This document shows, piece by piece, positions 22,974 through 33,478 of a stretch of 64,000 nt of DNA. The position numbers and the translations under genes are program-made. The stretch's first letter is position 1; each line of letters opens with the position of its first letter. The DNA comes from Octopus vulgaris (taxonomy: Eukaryota). The notes beneath the pieces were generated by a model, which saw nothing but the letters and a program-made list of their open reading frames with translations, was not told the DNA's origin and made no database searches. Location: positions 26,722,001 to 26,786,000 of the forward strand of contig OX597822.1 of assembly GCA_951406725.2 (NCBI GenBank), given 5' to 3'.

Positions 22974-25349
22974 TTAGAGTATGTTTAGTTGTGGTCTGTA
23001 TTTTTGAATAAGATTACTTTCCTTATTTATTCGTGTTTGGTCTGTGGTGTTGTCCGAGCATTGGTATAGTGGGAAGACTAAGAATTTGGGGGACTTATTG
23101 TGTGCACAAAGGTCTAAGTGTCCACTTAGTGGTATCTGTCTTGTGGAGGGGTCCCTCAGTTGTTGTCGGTGAACTGTCATTCTGTCTCTGAGGGTAAGGC
23201 TCGTTTGCCCTATGTAGTCTTCGTGGCATCCTTCACACCTTATGACGTAGAGTAAATTTTTTGATGCGCACGTGAAGTTATTTTTTATGATGAATGTGTG
23301 TCCCGAGTGGAACTTGTACGACGATCCCTCAATGAGGTGGATGCAGGTCTTACAGTTGGGGCGACCACATTTTTTGATGGTGGGCGGTGGGTTTGTGTTG
23401 TGTAATTTTGCGTTGGTGAGGAGGTTTTTTAGGGATTTAGGTTGTCTCTTACTTTTTATTATTTTATGAGCTGCCAGTATTTTTTTCAGGCGTGGGTCTT
23501 GATTTAGTTGTGGAATGTTGTTGTATATAATAGTGTAAGCTTCTGCATTCCTTGGGTTGTGTGTTGAGAGATAAGGGAGGCTATTGACTGTACTGTGGAT
23601 GTGTTTGGGTTTTCGAAGGTCTTGAATGTTGATTGATTTGGCCCGTTCTATTCCGTTGTCTACTAGTGATGCCGGGTAATGTCTTTCGAGAAGAATTGCC
23701 CTTAGTTCCCGGAGTCTTCTATTTCGTGTTGTGTCATTTGAGACAATAGTGCAGATTCTTCTCGCTAGGTTGAAGGGGATATTTGTCTTTGTGTGTTTTG
23801 GGTGATTGGAGGTGAATAGAAGGTATTGTTTAGAGTCAGTGGGTTTGTAATGGATGTCAGTTTCAATGTTGACGCCTTTTTTAATGATTAGGATGTCAAG
23901 AAAAGGGAGTTGGTCCTGACTATATTCCATTGTGAATTGAATGTTGTTATTTACACTGTTGATAAGGTTTTTGAAGTCTATAAGTTGGTCGAGTGTGTGG
24001 GACCATAGGATGAGGCAATCATCTAAGTAGCGTTTCCAGTTCTCCAACAGGTATTTGTGGAAAGACTGGCCGTACTTATATTTGGATTTTTCATAGATAT
24101 GTGATTCCAGGTAGGCCATCACCAGGTTTGCATAGGTAGGTGCAACTTTCGTACCCATTGCAGTCCCTGAGACCTGTCTGTAAGTGTTGTTGTGGAAATA
24201 CATGAAGTTGTTTTGCAGAATAAATTTGAGGCCCTCAATTATGAATTCTTTTTTAATTCTTTCCGGGATCTCATTGGGATATTTATCCAGCCAGAATTTA
24301 ATGGCTTCCAGTCCAAATTCATGTGGGATTGTGGTGTAAAGATTAATAACATCAAAAGAAACGATTAAGGTGTCTTTATCGGCATGTTTGGGGAGATGGT
24401 TTAATAGGTCCAGGTCATCTCTTACAATACTTGGAATGTGTTTCAGTATTGGCTTTAAGATGATATCTATAAAGTTGCTAAGTCTGTGTGTTTCACAACT
24501 TGGGCCTGCCACTATTGGTCTCAGTTTGAGATCAGTGGGATGTGGTATAGTGATGCAGGTTGAAGTGGACTTTTTGCAAGCTTCTGTGATAATTTGACTC
24601 TTGTGTATTTTTGGAAGGCCATAGAGTGTGCTGGTTTTGCAATTAAATTTAGTAATGTAGTCGCATTCCTTTGCTGTCAAGTCATTCCGGTGTTGGTAAA
24701 TGAGTGCCTTCAGATTGGTCATTGTTTTGGATTGCTGGTAGTCGACTACTCTTTCGTAGTATGTGGTATCCTCTAAAAGGAGAGATACAGAGTTTTTATA
24801 TTGCTCAGTATTCATAACAACGACCGTACTACCCTTATCAGCTTCCTTTATTGTGACGTCATGATTGTCTCGTAGTGTATGGATGATTTCCCATTCTCTT
24901 TTACTGGTGTTGGGTTTGAGTTTAGGTTGTGGGAGTTCACCATAAGGGAAGTTGGAGATGTAATCGCAGAATTTGTCTAAGGTTTTGTTTTTGCCTTTTA
25001 TGGGATTATAGTTGCTTTTGTTACAGACCATTGATTCGTCGTTATTATTAGTTTTTCTGTCAAAAAATTCCTCTGTGAGGCGTAATTTTCTGCAAAAGTG
25101 CGAGATGTCATCCTGTATTTCCCTCAGGTTAGGGTATTGCGGGGTTGGGGTGAATTTCAGTCCTCTTGAAAGGATTTTTATTTGTGGTGTCGACAGGTTT
25201 AGGTTAGAAAGATTCACTATTTTTGGTTTTTCGGGGTTGGTATCTACCATCTGGTGTCGTGGAAACTGATGCCCTTGCCTAAAAAAGGAATCCTGGGGTT
25301 CTTCTATTTGCGGTATTTTGCTGTATGTGATTCTGTCCCCCGTTGACAT
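22974..25349 (-). CDS. PLE reverse transcriptase with C-terminal GIY-YIG endonuclease (791 aa; true start could be Met at 25250, MVDTN..)
   Basis: PLE N-terminal motif IVNLS..LSRGLKFTPTP; RT motifs LYGLPKIHK, LRPIVAG, SFDVINLYTTIP, QVSGTAMGTKVAPTYANLVM, WKRYLDDC, LPFLDI; thumb KPTDSKQYLLFTSNHP; Cys linker CGRPNCKTC; endonuclease LLYVIRCEGCHEDYIGQT..R...H..E..LN; no stops or frameshifts. Confidence 0.96.
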   Translation of the reverse strand: MSTGDRITYSKIPQIEEPQDSFFRQGHQFPRHQMVDTNPEKPKIVNLSNLNLSTPQIKILSRGLKFTPTPQYPNLREIQDDISHFCRKLRLTEEFFDRKTNNNDESMVCNKSNYNPIKGKNKTLDKFCDYISNFPYGELPQPKLKPNTSKREWEIIHTLRDNHDVTIKEADKGSTVVVMNTEQYKNSVSLLLEDTTYYERVVDYQQSKTMTNLKALIYQHRNDLTAKECDYITKFNCKTSTLYGLPKIHKSQIITEACKKSTSTCITIPHPTDLKLRPIVAGPSCETHRLSNFIDIILKPILKHIPSIVRDDLDLLNHLPKHADKDTLIVSFDVINLYTTIPHEFGLEAIKFWLDKYPNEIPERIKKEFIIEGLKFILQNNFMYFHNNTYRQVSGTAMGTKVAPTYANLVMAYLESHIYEKSKYKYGQSFHKYLLENWKRYLDDCLILWSHTLDQLIDFKNLINSVNNNIQFTMEYSQDQLPFLDILIIKKGVNIETDIHYKPTDSKQYLLFTSNHPKHTKTNIPFNLARRICTIVSNDTTRNRRLRELRAILLERHYPASLVDNGIERAKSINIQDLRKPKHIHSTVNSLPYLSTHNPRNAEAYTIIYNNIPQLNQDPRLKKILAAHKIIKSKRQPKSLKNLLTNAKLHNTNPPPTIKKCGRPNCKTCIHLIEGSSYKFHSGHTFIIKNNFTCASKNLLYVIRCEGCHEDYIGQTSLTLRDRMTVHRQQLRDPSTRQIPLSGHLDLCAHNKSPKFLVFPLYQCSDNTTDQTRINKESNLIQKYRPQLNIL

Positions 25350-26586
25350 GTCTGTTGAAGAGGTTTTGGTTGTTGTGATTCTGTCCCCCGTTGCTATGTT
25401 GTCTGTTGAGGAGGTTTTGGTTGTTCCAGGGTCTGGGTTGTTGGTGTGGCCTCCTGGAAGAGTTTTGGTTATTCCAGGGTTTGGGTTGTTTGTCCTGGGT
25501 GTAATGTTGGTTCCTTAGAGTGGGTTGGAAACTATATTCATGGTTTAGGAGTGAATTCCTATATGTTGGGGGAGAACTCTGAGTTAGGAGCGGTTTGGGT
25601 TGGAATCTACAATCATAGTTCAGAGATGGGTTTCTAAGTGATGGGTAGGATCTCCGAATCTGGAACGGTTCTTGTGTGGGTTGGGGTCTACGTTGTCTGG
25701 TAAAGTTTTGTCGTGTGATGATGGGTGTCTCGGTTCTTTTGATGGGATTGTAGTGCTGTCTGTAAGTTCTGTTGTTGTTGTTGTCGATGTTAGGGGTGGT
25801 GTGTGTTCGGTGTTTTGTGGTTGGTTTTCTTTGTTTTTGGCGAGGGGTGTGAGTTGAAGTAGATATTTTAAAATATGGGTTGCTTGAAAGGTGTTCCTTT
25901 GTGAACTCTGTTTCATAATTGGTGAACCAGCTGTTTTTTTCCATTAGCTGGAGGGATGTTATTTCTTCATCCTCGCAGTTTTTTCTCCAGAGTTTGGTGG
26001 TTTCATCAAGGAGTGCTCCTTCACAGTGTTTTGAGATTTCAATCTGCATTTCATTGTCAAGGGTCTTGGATTTTTCTTCACTGGTGTTGGCTCTGAGCCG
26101 CAAGAGTTCTACTTCCGTTTTGAATTTTTCAAAAGCTAGTTTCTCCCTGAGGTTTTTTTGGTTTTCTGGTTCATTTTGGATGGGTTTTATTTGTAGTTTT
26201 CTGGGTAGGATGATAGGGGTGGAGTTGAGCCACTTTTCATAAATGTCAGCTTTGTTGTTATTTTTTATGAAATTCCAGAAGGCAAACTTACGCGCTTTGA
26301 GATTTTTACTCCAGGTGTTGTTAAGAGAGCTTTTAATTGAGAAGCAGTCTTTAGTTTGCTCCTGCTTTGGGAGCACTGCCGTCTCTATGGATTTCATTAG
26401 GTTTTGCAGTGTTGGGATGATGTCAGGGATTTGATTGGTTGTTTTGGCCTCCATGAGTCCATTTAGGTATAAGTGCGATTGTTCGACTTTGTTTATTATG
26501 GTTGAAAGTTTCGAGGAGATTTCTTGTAATTCTTTTAGGATATTTTGGTTCATTAAAGATTCTGCTTGTTGTGATTTGGGTGGCAT
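25279..26586 (-). CDS. PLE ORF1: predicted helical/coiled-coil N-terminal half and disordered Q/N/R/P-rich C-terminus (435 aa from ATG at 26586)
   Basis: Uninterrupted 1.3-kb ORF between the 5' pLTR and the RT ORF, with the same A/C-rich sense-strand bias as ORF2; first ATG in GAAA-ATG context (the track start at 26646 is a GTG); heptad-like segments ILKELQEISSKLSTIINKVEQ and LREKLAFEKFKTEVELLRLRA. Confidence 0.85.
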   Translation of the reverse strand: MPPKSQQAESLMNQNILKELQEISSKLSTIINKVEQSHLYLNGLMEAKTTNQIPDIIPTLQNLMKSIETAVLPKQEQTKDCFSIKSSLNNTWSKNLKARKFAFWNFIKNNNKADIYEKWLNSTPIILPRKLQIKPIQNEPENQKNLREKLAFEKFKTEVELLRLRANTSEEKSKTLDNEMQIEISKHCEGALLDETTKLWRKNCEDEEITSLQLMEKNSWFTNYETEFTKEHLSSNPYFKISTSTHTPRQKQRKPTTKHRTHTTPNIDNNNNRTYRQHYNPIKRTETPIITRQNFTRQRRPQPTQEPFQIRRSYPSLRNPSLNYDCRFQPKPLLTQSSPPTYRNSLLNHEYSFQPTLRNQHYTQDKQPKPWNNQNSSRRPHQQPRPWNNQNLLNRQHSNGGQNHNNQNLFNRHVNGGQNHIQQNTANRRTPGFLF

Positions 26587-26655
26587 TTTCGGGACTCGTG
26601 TGATGTTTATATATATATAAAAAAGTTGAGTTGTGGGGTATCGCACGAGTGGGAT

Positions 26656-27948
26656 TATATAAGAAAAAAGGTTTGAAAATGCAATTTAAACGATGTTTAT
26701 TTACTTAACCGGTTTCACTCTTTGGTAAAAGATTGTCAAAAGTTACATTTAAGGAAACATTGAATAATATGGGTTCAAAAAAAGTTTTTTACATAATTGT
26801 CACATTGAATATTATGCATTCAAAAAAGTTTTTTACATAATTGTCACATTGGATATTATGGGTTCAAAAAAAGTTTTTTACATAATTGTCACATTGAATA
26901 TTATGCATTCAAAAAAGTTTTTTACATAATTGTCACATTGGATATTATGAATTCAAAAATGTTTTTTTATACATAATTGTCACATTATTTGGGAAAATTT
27001 GGCAGAAAAGGATAAAACAAATATATTATTGGGAATTGGTTGCGTTAATTATTGGTTGTCGCAAATTGTCACATTACATGTATATATATACAATCTTTGG
27101 TATATATATACAGCGTTTTGACAGCAAAAATTAAAATGGATTTTTTGTCCATCTCAGAATATTTTAAGTATGTTTTTACTGACCTGTTAGTATTAGCAGA
27201 AAGGCTGAACTGAGAGAACAGAAGTAGCCAATGTGGTGTATACTTCCCCTTTATGCATGAATGATTTTGGGGTTATCAGGAGGTTAGTATGCGGGTGTGA
27301 ATAGATGTGTCCGTGCCTGCTGGTCAGACAGCGTCTGTTTGTCACACACATATATATACACACAAACACACACACACACAACAACACACACACACACACA
27401 CATAGTATACAAACACAAACCACATACAGACAACACACACACACACAGAACACACACACCCACACACAACGCACCCACATATATCACATATATACACAGC
27501 ACACAAATATAACATGTATCTATATATAATATACACAGATATATAACGCACATACACACACACACACACAACACACGCACACATACATACATAATATAAA
27601 TATCACACAAATACACCTAGCATATATATATACACACATACAATACACACATACAGCATGTAAGTAATATACATACACAATATATGCATGCAATATACAT
27701 ACGCAATACATACATACAATATATATATATATAGACAATGCATATACATATATACACATATACATATAAATAGTGTTTACATACACATACATAGATGTAC
27801 CACATATACACACAACACACATACATACAATGCATACACATACACGTACGCATACATATAATATATATATACACACACACACACATAACATACATACACA
27901 CACAATGCATACATATATATACACGCAATGCATATACATGTATTCATG
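26656..27948 (-). repeat. 5' pseudo-LTR of the PLE (5'-truncated tandem copy of the element's 3' end)
   Basis: Direct repeat of 20844-22134, offset 5812-5814 bp. Confidence 0.95.
26703..26743 (-). ncRNA. Minimal type-I hammerhead-ribozyme-like motif (U3-A8 core variant), 5' pLTR copy
   Basis: Identical to 20891-20931. Confidence 0.65.
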
Positions 27949-27990
27949 TATACATATATATATATATATACATACACACACACACACACA

Positions 27991-28243
27991 CAGGGTGTGA
28001 TGGGTAAATTGTCAGCATTCACCAACTTACTTAAGGAGACTGTTCAGAAGAATTGCAGGAGATACCGAAGTCATCTGGAGATCTGGGTTAAAAGCCAATG
28101 CCGATTTCATTGAAAAAATTTATTCTTTAATATTTCTTTTAGTATTTTATGTAATTTTAGTGAATATACACCTGTTAAAATGAGATGTCTGTGTCATTTT
28201 TATTTTGACATTATTTAGGTGACAGCTTATTCACCACACCCTG
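27991..28243. mobile_element. Tc1/mariner-like MITE
   Basis: Imperfect TIRs cagggtgtgatgggtaaattgtca / tgacagcttattcaccacaccctg. Confidence 0.7.
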
Positions 28244-28501
28244 AATATCTCTATCTGTCTGTCTGTCTGTCTAAAGAAAGACATAAAATCAACAACAAAA
28301 ATGTCAGAGCTGTTTTGTGTGTTGGGTATATGCATGTGCATGCACATATATATATATTTATATACACAAGCCTACATAAACACACACCCAGGCAAATATA
28401 TATATATATATCTAAACACATAGACTGATTTGTGTGTGTGTATGTAGGTAGCCAATGTTTAGAGAGAAGCTTTAAAAAGCACACAAAAAGGTTACTACCC
28501 A

Positions 28502-28541
<40 letters not shown>

Positions 28542-28691
28542 TAATATAGGATAAAATTCTTTTCAGAAATTTTTTTTATCAAAAGTGGCAGTATATTAAA
28601 ATACCTTTAAAGGTTAAAATTATAAACAGCTTATGAACAAGGGCAAAAAAAAATTGGCATAGAAATAACTTTTCTTTTGCCCTTGTTTATA

Positions 28692-28725
<34 letters not shown>

Positions 28726-28728
<3 letters not shown>

Positions 28729-29648
28729 AAGATGTAGACCCAGGAAAACCTGGGATGAGGTTTTGAAGTACGATCTTTGAACATTGGACCAAGGCAATGA
28801 CTAGAGACCGGGATCTTTGGAGATATGCTGTGCTTGAGAAGACCCGACAAGCCAAGTGAGACCATAGCCCATGGCCTACACCAGTGGGTGTAACCAGCCC
28901 ATTTATGAATACTCCTCATTCATTGGACTATAAACCTTGCTTTTGAAGACCTATTGAGGCAAGTGAAATCAAAATCAAAATTGCAGACATGGCTGACGAC
29001 AGTACTACCTGATTGGCACTTGTGCCAATGGAACGTTGAAAGCACATCTGAACGTGGGGTGTAACCGGGCCACTTATGAGTACCCCTCATTCATTGGACT
29101 ATGAACTTTGCTTTTGAAGACCTGTTGAAGCAAGTGTAAACAAACCAAAATCACTGATGTGGCCAATGACAGTATCGCCTGATTGGCACTTGTGCCAGTG
29201 GAAGATTAAAAGCACATCTGAGTGTGATCATTGCCAGGGCCACGGAATGGCTCCCATGCCAGCGATACATGAAAAGTACCATTCAAGCATGACTGTTGCC
29301 AGCGTCGCCTTAGTACATGTGCTGGTGGCATGTGAAAAACAACATTTGAGTGTGGTCATTTCCAGTGCCGCCGGACTGGCTCCCGTGCAGGTAGCATGTA
29401 AAAACACCTTTTGAGTGTGAGTGTGGTCATTGCCAGAACCACCTGACTGGTCCTCGTGCCGGTGGCATGTAAAAAAACACCCTCTACATTCTTGGAGTGG
29501 TTGGCATTAGGAAGGGCATCCAGCTGTAGAAATTTTGCCAGACCAGATTGAGCCTGGTGCAGCCTCTGGCTCACAAGTCCTCAGTCAAACCGTCCAACCC
29601 ATGCCAGCAGGGAAAGCGGACATTAAACGATGAGGATGATGATGATAA
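28726..29648 (+). mobile_element. RTE LINE 3' fragment
   Basis: GRCRPRKTWDEVLKYDL..RDRDLWRYAV followed by the same 3' UTR and (GAT)n tail. Confidence 0.85.
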
Positions 29649-29949
29649 TACTTGTAATGCACCCCAGCATTGCTTGAGTCTAATGACCTACAGCCATATT
29701 GTATTATTTTTTCCTTTCTTATGGCCAGTATTGGTACATGAGGAGTATAATGCAAACAACTCTTCTTTATAAACATACTTTTCGGTCATTTTCTGATGAA
29801 CAACACTGCAGTTTCCATCTACCAAATTCAGTCACAAGTCTGTAGTTGGCCTAGAGCTATACAAGAAAATACTTGCTGAGAGACTGAATGTGGAGCAATG
29901 TAGTTGAGGAGCAAACCTGTCAACCACACAGTCATTCTTGCACCTAATA

Positions 29950-29982
<33 letters not shown>

Positions 29983-30823
29983 ACCTTTGTTTGTTAAATC
30001 GAGTATTGTGTCTGACAGAATTGCCTCCCTTTGCTAAAAACCTCAAAATTGTTCGACCCAACCTCATTTCCAAGGCTATTTTTGTAGTAAAAAAAAAATT
30101 TGTTGTGCAAAAAACATACTTTATTTGGTAACTTTGATACCCAATATGTCAAAATTGGCAACTCAGTTTTTGAATCCATAAGGAACATATCACCACACAC
30201 ACACACAGACTTTGTTTTATGTATATATATAAAACCACAAAACTCTTTTTAGTATGCTTTCATAAAATATATGAAAATAGATTCAAACATCTGATGATTT
30301 AAGAGGTAACAGGTTGCCCTATATTTAGGGTATTGTTTCTCTTTATTTCTATCTCTCATATACACATGCACAGAAAGTTTTAGCCCTTTTGATATTATTA
30401 ACCCACTAAGACAAAATGTGGCTTTTTTTTTTATATAAAATTGCTTGTTCTAAAGCATTCAGATCTAAATGAAAATATTTCATAATTTTATCTAAAGAAC
30501 CTTTGGATGACTTCTCATATATCAATTTTTGCCATTCACGGGTTGAGATTATCCATAATCCTCTTGCATTACAGTGTTTGTTGTTTTTGCCTAGCAAGGT
30601 TTACCCTCTACAAACTGAAATAGATTGCAGCCTTTTTGATAAGTTGCATTTTAAACATCATAATCGTCATTGTCATCATTGCTCCAACTACCACCACCAC
30701 CACCACCATCAGTAGTATCTGTCTGTATGTCAGCCTGTATGTCTGTCCATACATACATGCTTATGCATACTTATGTCTGCATGGACAGATAGACAGACAG
30801 ATACATATGTAGTATATCATATA

Positions 30824-31056
30824 TATTTCTTTATTACCCACAGGGGGCTAAACATAGAGGGGGCAAACAAGGACAGACAAAGGTATTTAGTCGATTACAT
30901 TGACCCCAGTGCATAACTGGTACTTAGTAAATCGATCCCGAAAGGATGAAAGGCAAAGTCGACCTCTGCGGAATTTGAACTCAGAACGTAGCGACAGATG
31001 AAATACTGCTGAGCATTTCACCCAGCGTGCTAACGTTTCTGCCAGCCCTCCGCCTT
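30824..31056 (-). mobile_element. SINE family A
   Basis: Reverse-complement full copy. Confidence 0.9.
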
Positions 31057-31321
31057 ATACGTGGTATATCATATATGTATGTAGTATATCATTGTAGGAT
31101 TTGGACTCAGTATTATATGTTACTAAATCCATTCGTTGTTACCACTTAAAATGCTGCAGCCTAACTAAATATTTAATCCGACAGCGTTCTCATGTGTCCA
31201 TCTTTGACAAATCTCTATGAATAAATATACACGTACTGCAGGCTGTGTATTTATTACCAAGAGCAGATGGAATAGGGAAAGTTTAAGCTTGTGTATACTC
31301 ACATTTCATAAACAACTTCAT

Positions 31322-31352
<31 letters not shown>

Positions 31353-31698
31353 ACCACCACCACCATCACCACCTTCATCATTTCCATTATGAACGTCATC
31401 ACTGTCCATTATCAGCTTCATCATTATCACCATCATCATCATTATGAACACCATCAGTTACTGTTGTCATCCTCACCGTCGTCGTCGGCGCCATCGTTAC
31501 TCTGTGATTGCTCAGTTTTGAATAATATTTATTTTCGCAGGAGAATTTATTATAAACATATTTATTTATCTATTTAATTTTGTTGTTGTTGTTGTTATTG
31601 TCTGAGAATTGGTGTATGTTACTCTGTAAATAAGGTTGCAAAGTTGTATAATTTTGTGTGGGCGTGTTTATATTTGTATATTCATATGTGTGAGTGTG

Positions 31699-31729
<31 letters not shown>

Positions 31730-32331
31730 CTGGATTCATAACTTCCACACAAGCAAACATTCTATAAGAAGATAATTTATGTTGCTATAGTGGAAGGATA
31801 TCCAAAAATGAATGCTAGCTTTGCTTATGCCTCCTTTTAAAATCATCATCATCATCATCATTATCATCCTCATCATTACCATCATAATTATCATTAATCA
31901 AGAAACGAATAGTAATTAGGGAGTTTGTATTTATTGTATATTTATAGCTAAAGTTTCACAGAAGCAAAAAAAAAAAAAAATAATTAATTAAATAAATCAA
32001 ATAATCATGTCTGATTGTTCAGATGCTTAATTCTGAGTGATGGTGTCCTAAATGCTTGGATGGTGAGTAAAGCTTATTCTCCTTGGCCAGTTTCAATCAT
32101 ATAGTGGAAAGTGTGTTTGTATGTGCAGTGGAGAGAGAAGGAAAGATATGTGGATACACACTTATATATCATAATTACTACGTTTAAATATTTGTTGTGC
32201 AAGATTTTTTATGTGAAGTCGTGTGTTGAAACAGATATTGTTATATTTCGGAATGGTCATTTTGCCAGTTTAGCCAATAAATAAATAAGATTAAGATTAA
32301 TGTAAAAAATAAATAACACTGAAGCAAAATA

Positions 32332-32722
32332 TGGATATGGAAGCACTCCGTCGGTTACGGCAATGAGGGTTCCGGTTGATCCGAATCAACAGAACAGCCT
32401 GCTCATGAAATTAACGTGTAAGTGGCTGAGCACTCCACAGACACGTGCACCCTTAACGTAGTTCTCGGGGATATTCAGCGTGACACAGAGAGTGACAAGG
32501 CCGGCCCCTTGAAATACAGGTACAACAGAAACAGGAAGTAAGAGTGAGAGAAAGTTGTGGTGAAAGAGTACAGCAGGGATCACCACCATCCCCTGCCGGA
32601 GCCACGTGGAGCTTTTTAGGTGTTTTCGCTCAATAAACACTCACAACGCCCGGTCTGGGAATCGAAACCGCGATCCTATAACCGTGAGTCCGCTGCCCTA
32701 ACCACTGGGCCATTGCGCCTCC
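32332..32722 (-). mobile_element. Young tRNA-derived SINE, family D (related copies at about 4010-4355 - and 43570-43890 +)
   Basis: Head GGAGGCGCAATGGCCCAGTGGTTAGGG..GGTTTCGATTCCC; 16-bp TSD acactgaagcaaaata at 32316-32331 and 32723-32738. Confidence 0.9.
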
Positions 32723-33225
32723 ACACTGAAGCAAAATAACGCCTAATATATAGTGCGTGTGTTTTTATTGGCTAAACTGGCAAAATGACCATTCCGAAAT
32801 ATAACAATATCATAATTACTCTTTTCTACTTATTTTTACATACTAGCATGGATTGGACAGACATTCTCTTGTACAGTCTTTAGTTCTTTGTGGCTTCTTG
32901 TCACCTCTTTCATAACATTCAGTCTCTTGAGATAAACCCTGACCACTTCATCCTATGTCTCCCTCAGACTTCTTCCTTTGCTTGTCCCTTCCCACTTGGA
33001 TTACTTAGCACTTCTCTCAATATCACCCTTCCTAGTTTTTCTCTCTGTTCATTTGGCTTTTCTAATAAAGGCACAAGGTCTCAAATTTTAGGAATGTAGC
33101 AATTAGTATTGATTACATTGTCATCAATACTTGACTAGTACTCATTTTATGATTCCTGAAAGAATGAGAAAAAGAGCTGACCTAGACAGCATTTGAATTC
33201 AAACTGTAGAGCTAAAAGAAATGCT

Positions 33226-33434
33226 GTTCTATATTTAAGAGATGAGGAATTATGTACATTATTTACATTATAATATCGATGGATATTTGTCCTCATCTTG
33301 TTTGTTGTTAACACGTTTCGGCTGATATACCCTCCAGCCTTCTTCAGGTGTCTTGCGGAAATTTCGAACCTGGTTTCTCATTCCTAAGGTATTTTTCGAT
33401 ATTGTTGTTGTTATTATTTTTATTATTATTATTA

Positions 33435-33478
<44 letters not shown>

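Larger units (their letters stand above)
20844..27948 (-). mobile_element. Full-length Penelope-like retroelement (Neptune-type) with two ORFs and direct pseudo-LTRs
   Basis: Intact RT+GIY-YIG ORF and upstream ORF1; 1.29-kb direct repeats at 20844-22134 and 26656-27948; both ends abut (TA)n/(CA)n tracts; no clear TSD, which is normal for PLEs. Confidence 0.95.

Noticed and set aside
21379-22977. Many ORFs of 60-250 aa rich in C/V/Y/I or H/T (also at 27.2-28.0 kb, 18.7 kb, 2.2 kb, 40.5 kb)
   Set aside because: Translations of CA/TA dinucleotide repeats, which lack stop codons; no protein-like content
22974-25349. Interpretation as a group II intron/retron RT, telomerase, or Naiad/Chlamys-type PLE
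   Set aside because: The motifs are PLE-type, the GIY-YIG domain is C-terminal rather than N-terminal, and there are no in-frame UGA codons suggesting selenocysteine
23272-26620. Plus-strand ORFs antisense to PLE ORF1/ORF2
   Set aside because: Short shadows of the coding strand with no independent motifs
26587-26646. N-terminal 20 aa of ORF1 as given in the ORF track
   Set aside because: Starts at GTG and crosses a TA run; the first ATG in good context is at 26586
31290-31500. His/Gln-rich or Asp-rich ORF
   Set aside because: Degenerate (CAT/CAC/CAG)n trinucleotide repeat with in-frame stops
32650-32722. tRNA gene calls for SINE heads (families A, B, D, E and the 5.6/33.5-kb heads)
   Set aside because: A/B boxes are present, but there is no complete cloverleaf acceptor stem and each continues into a repeat body
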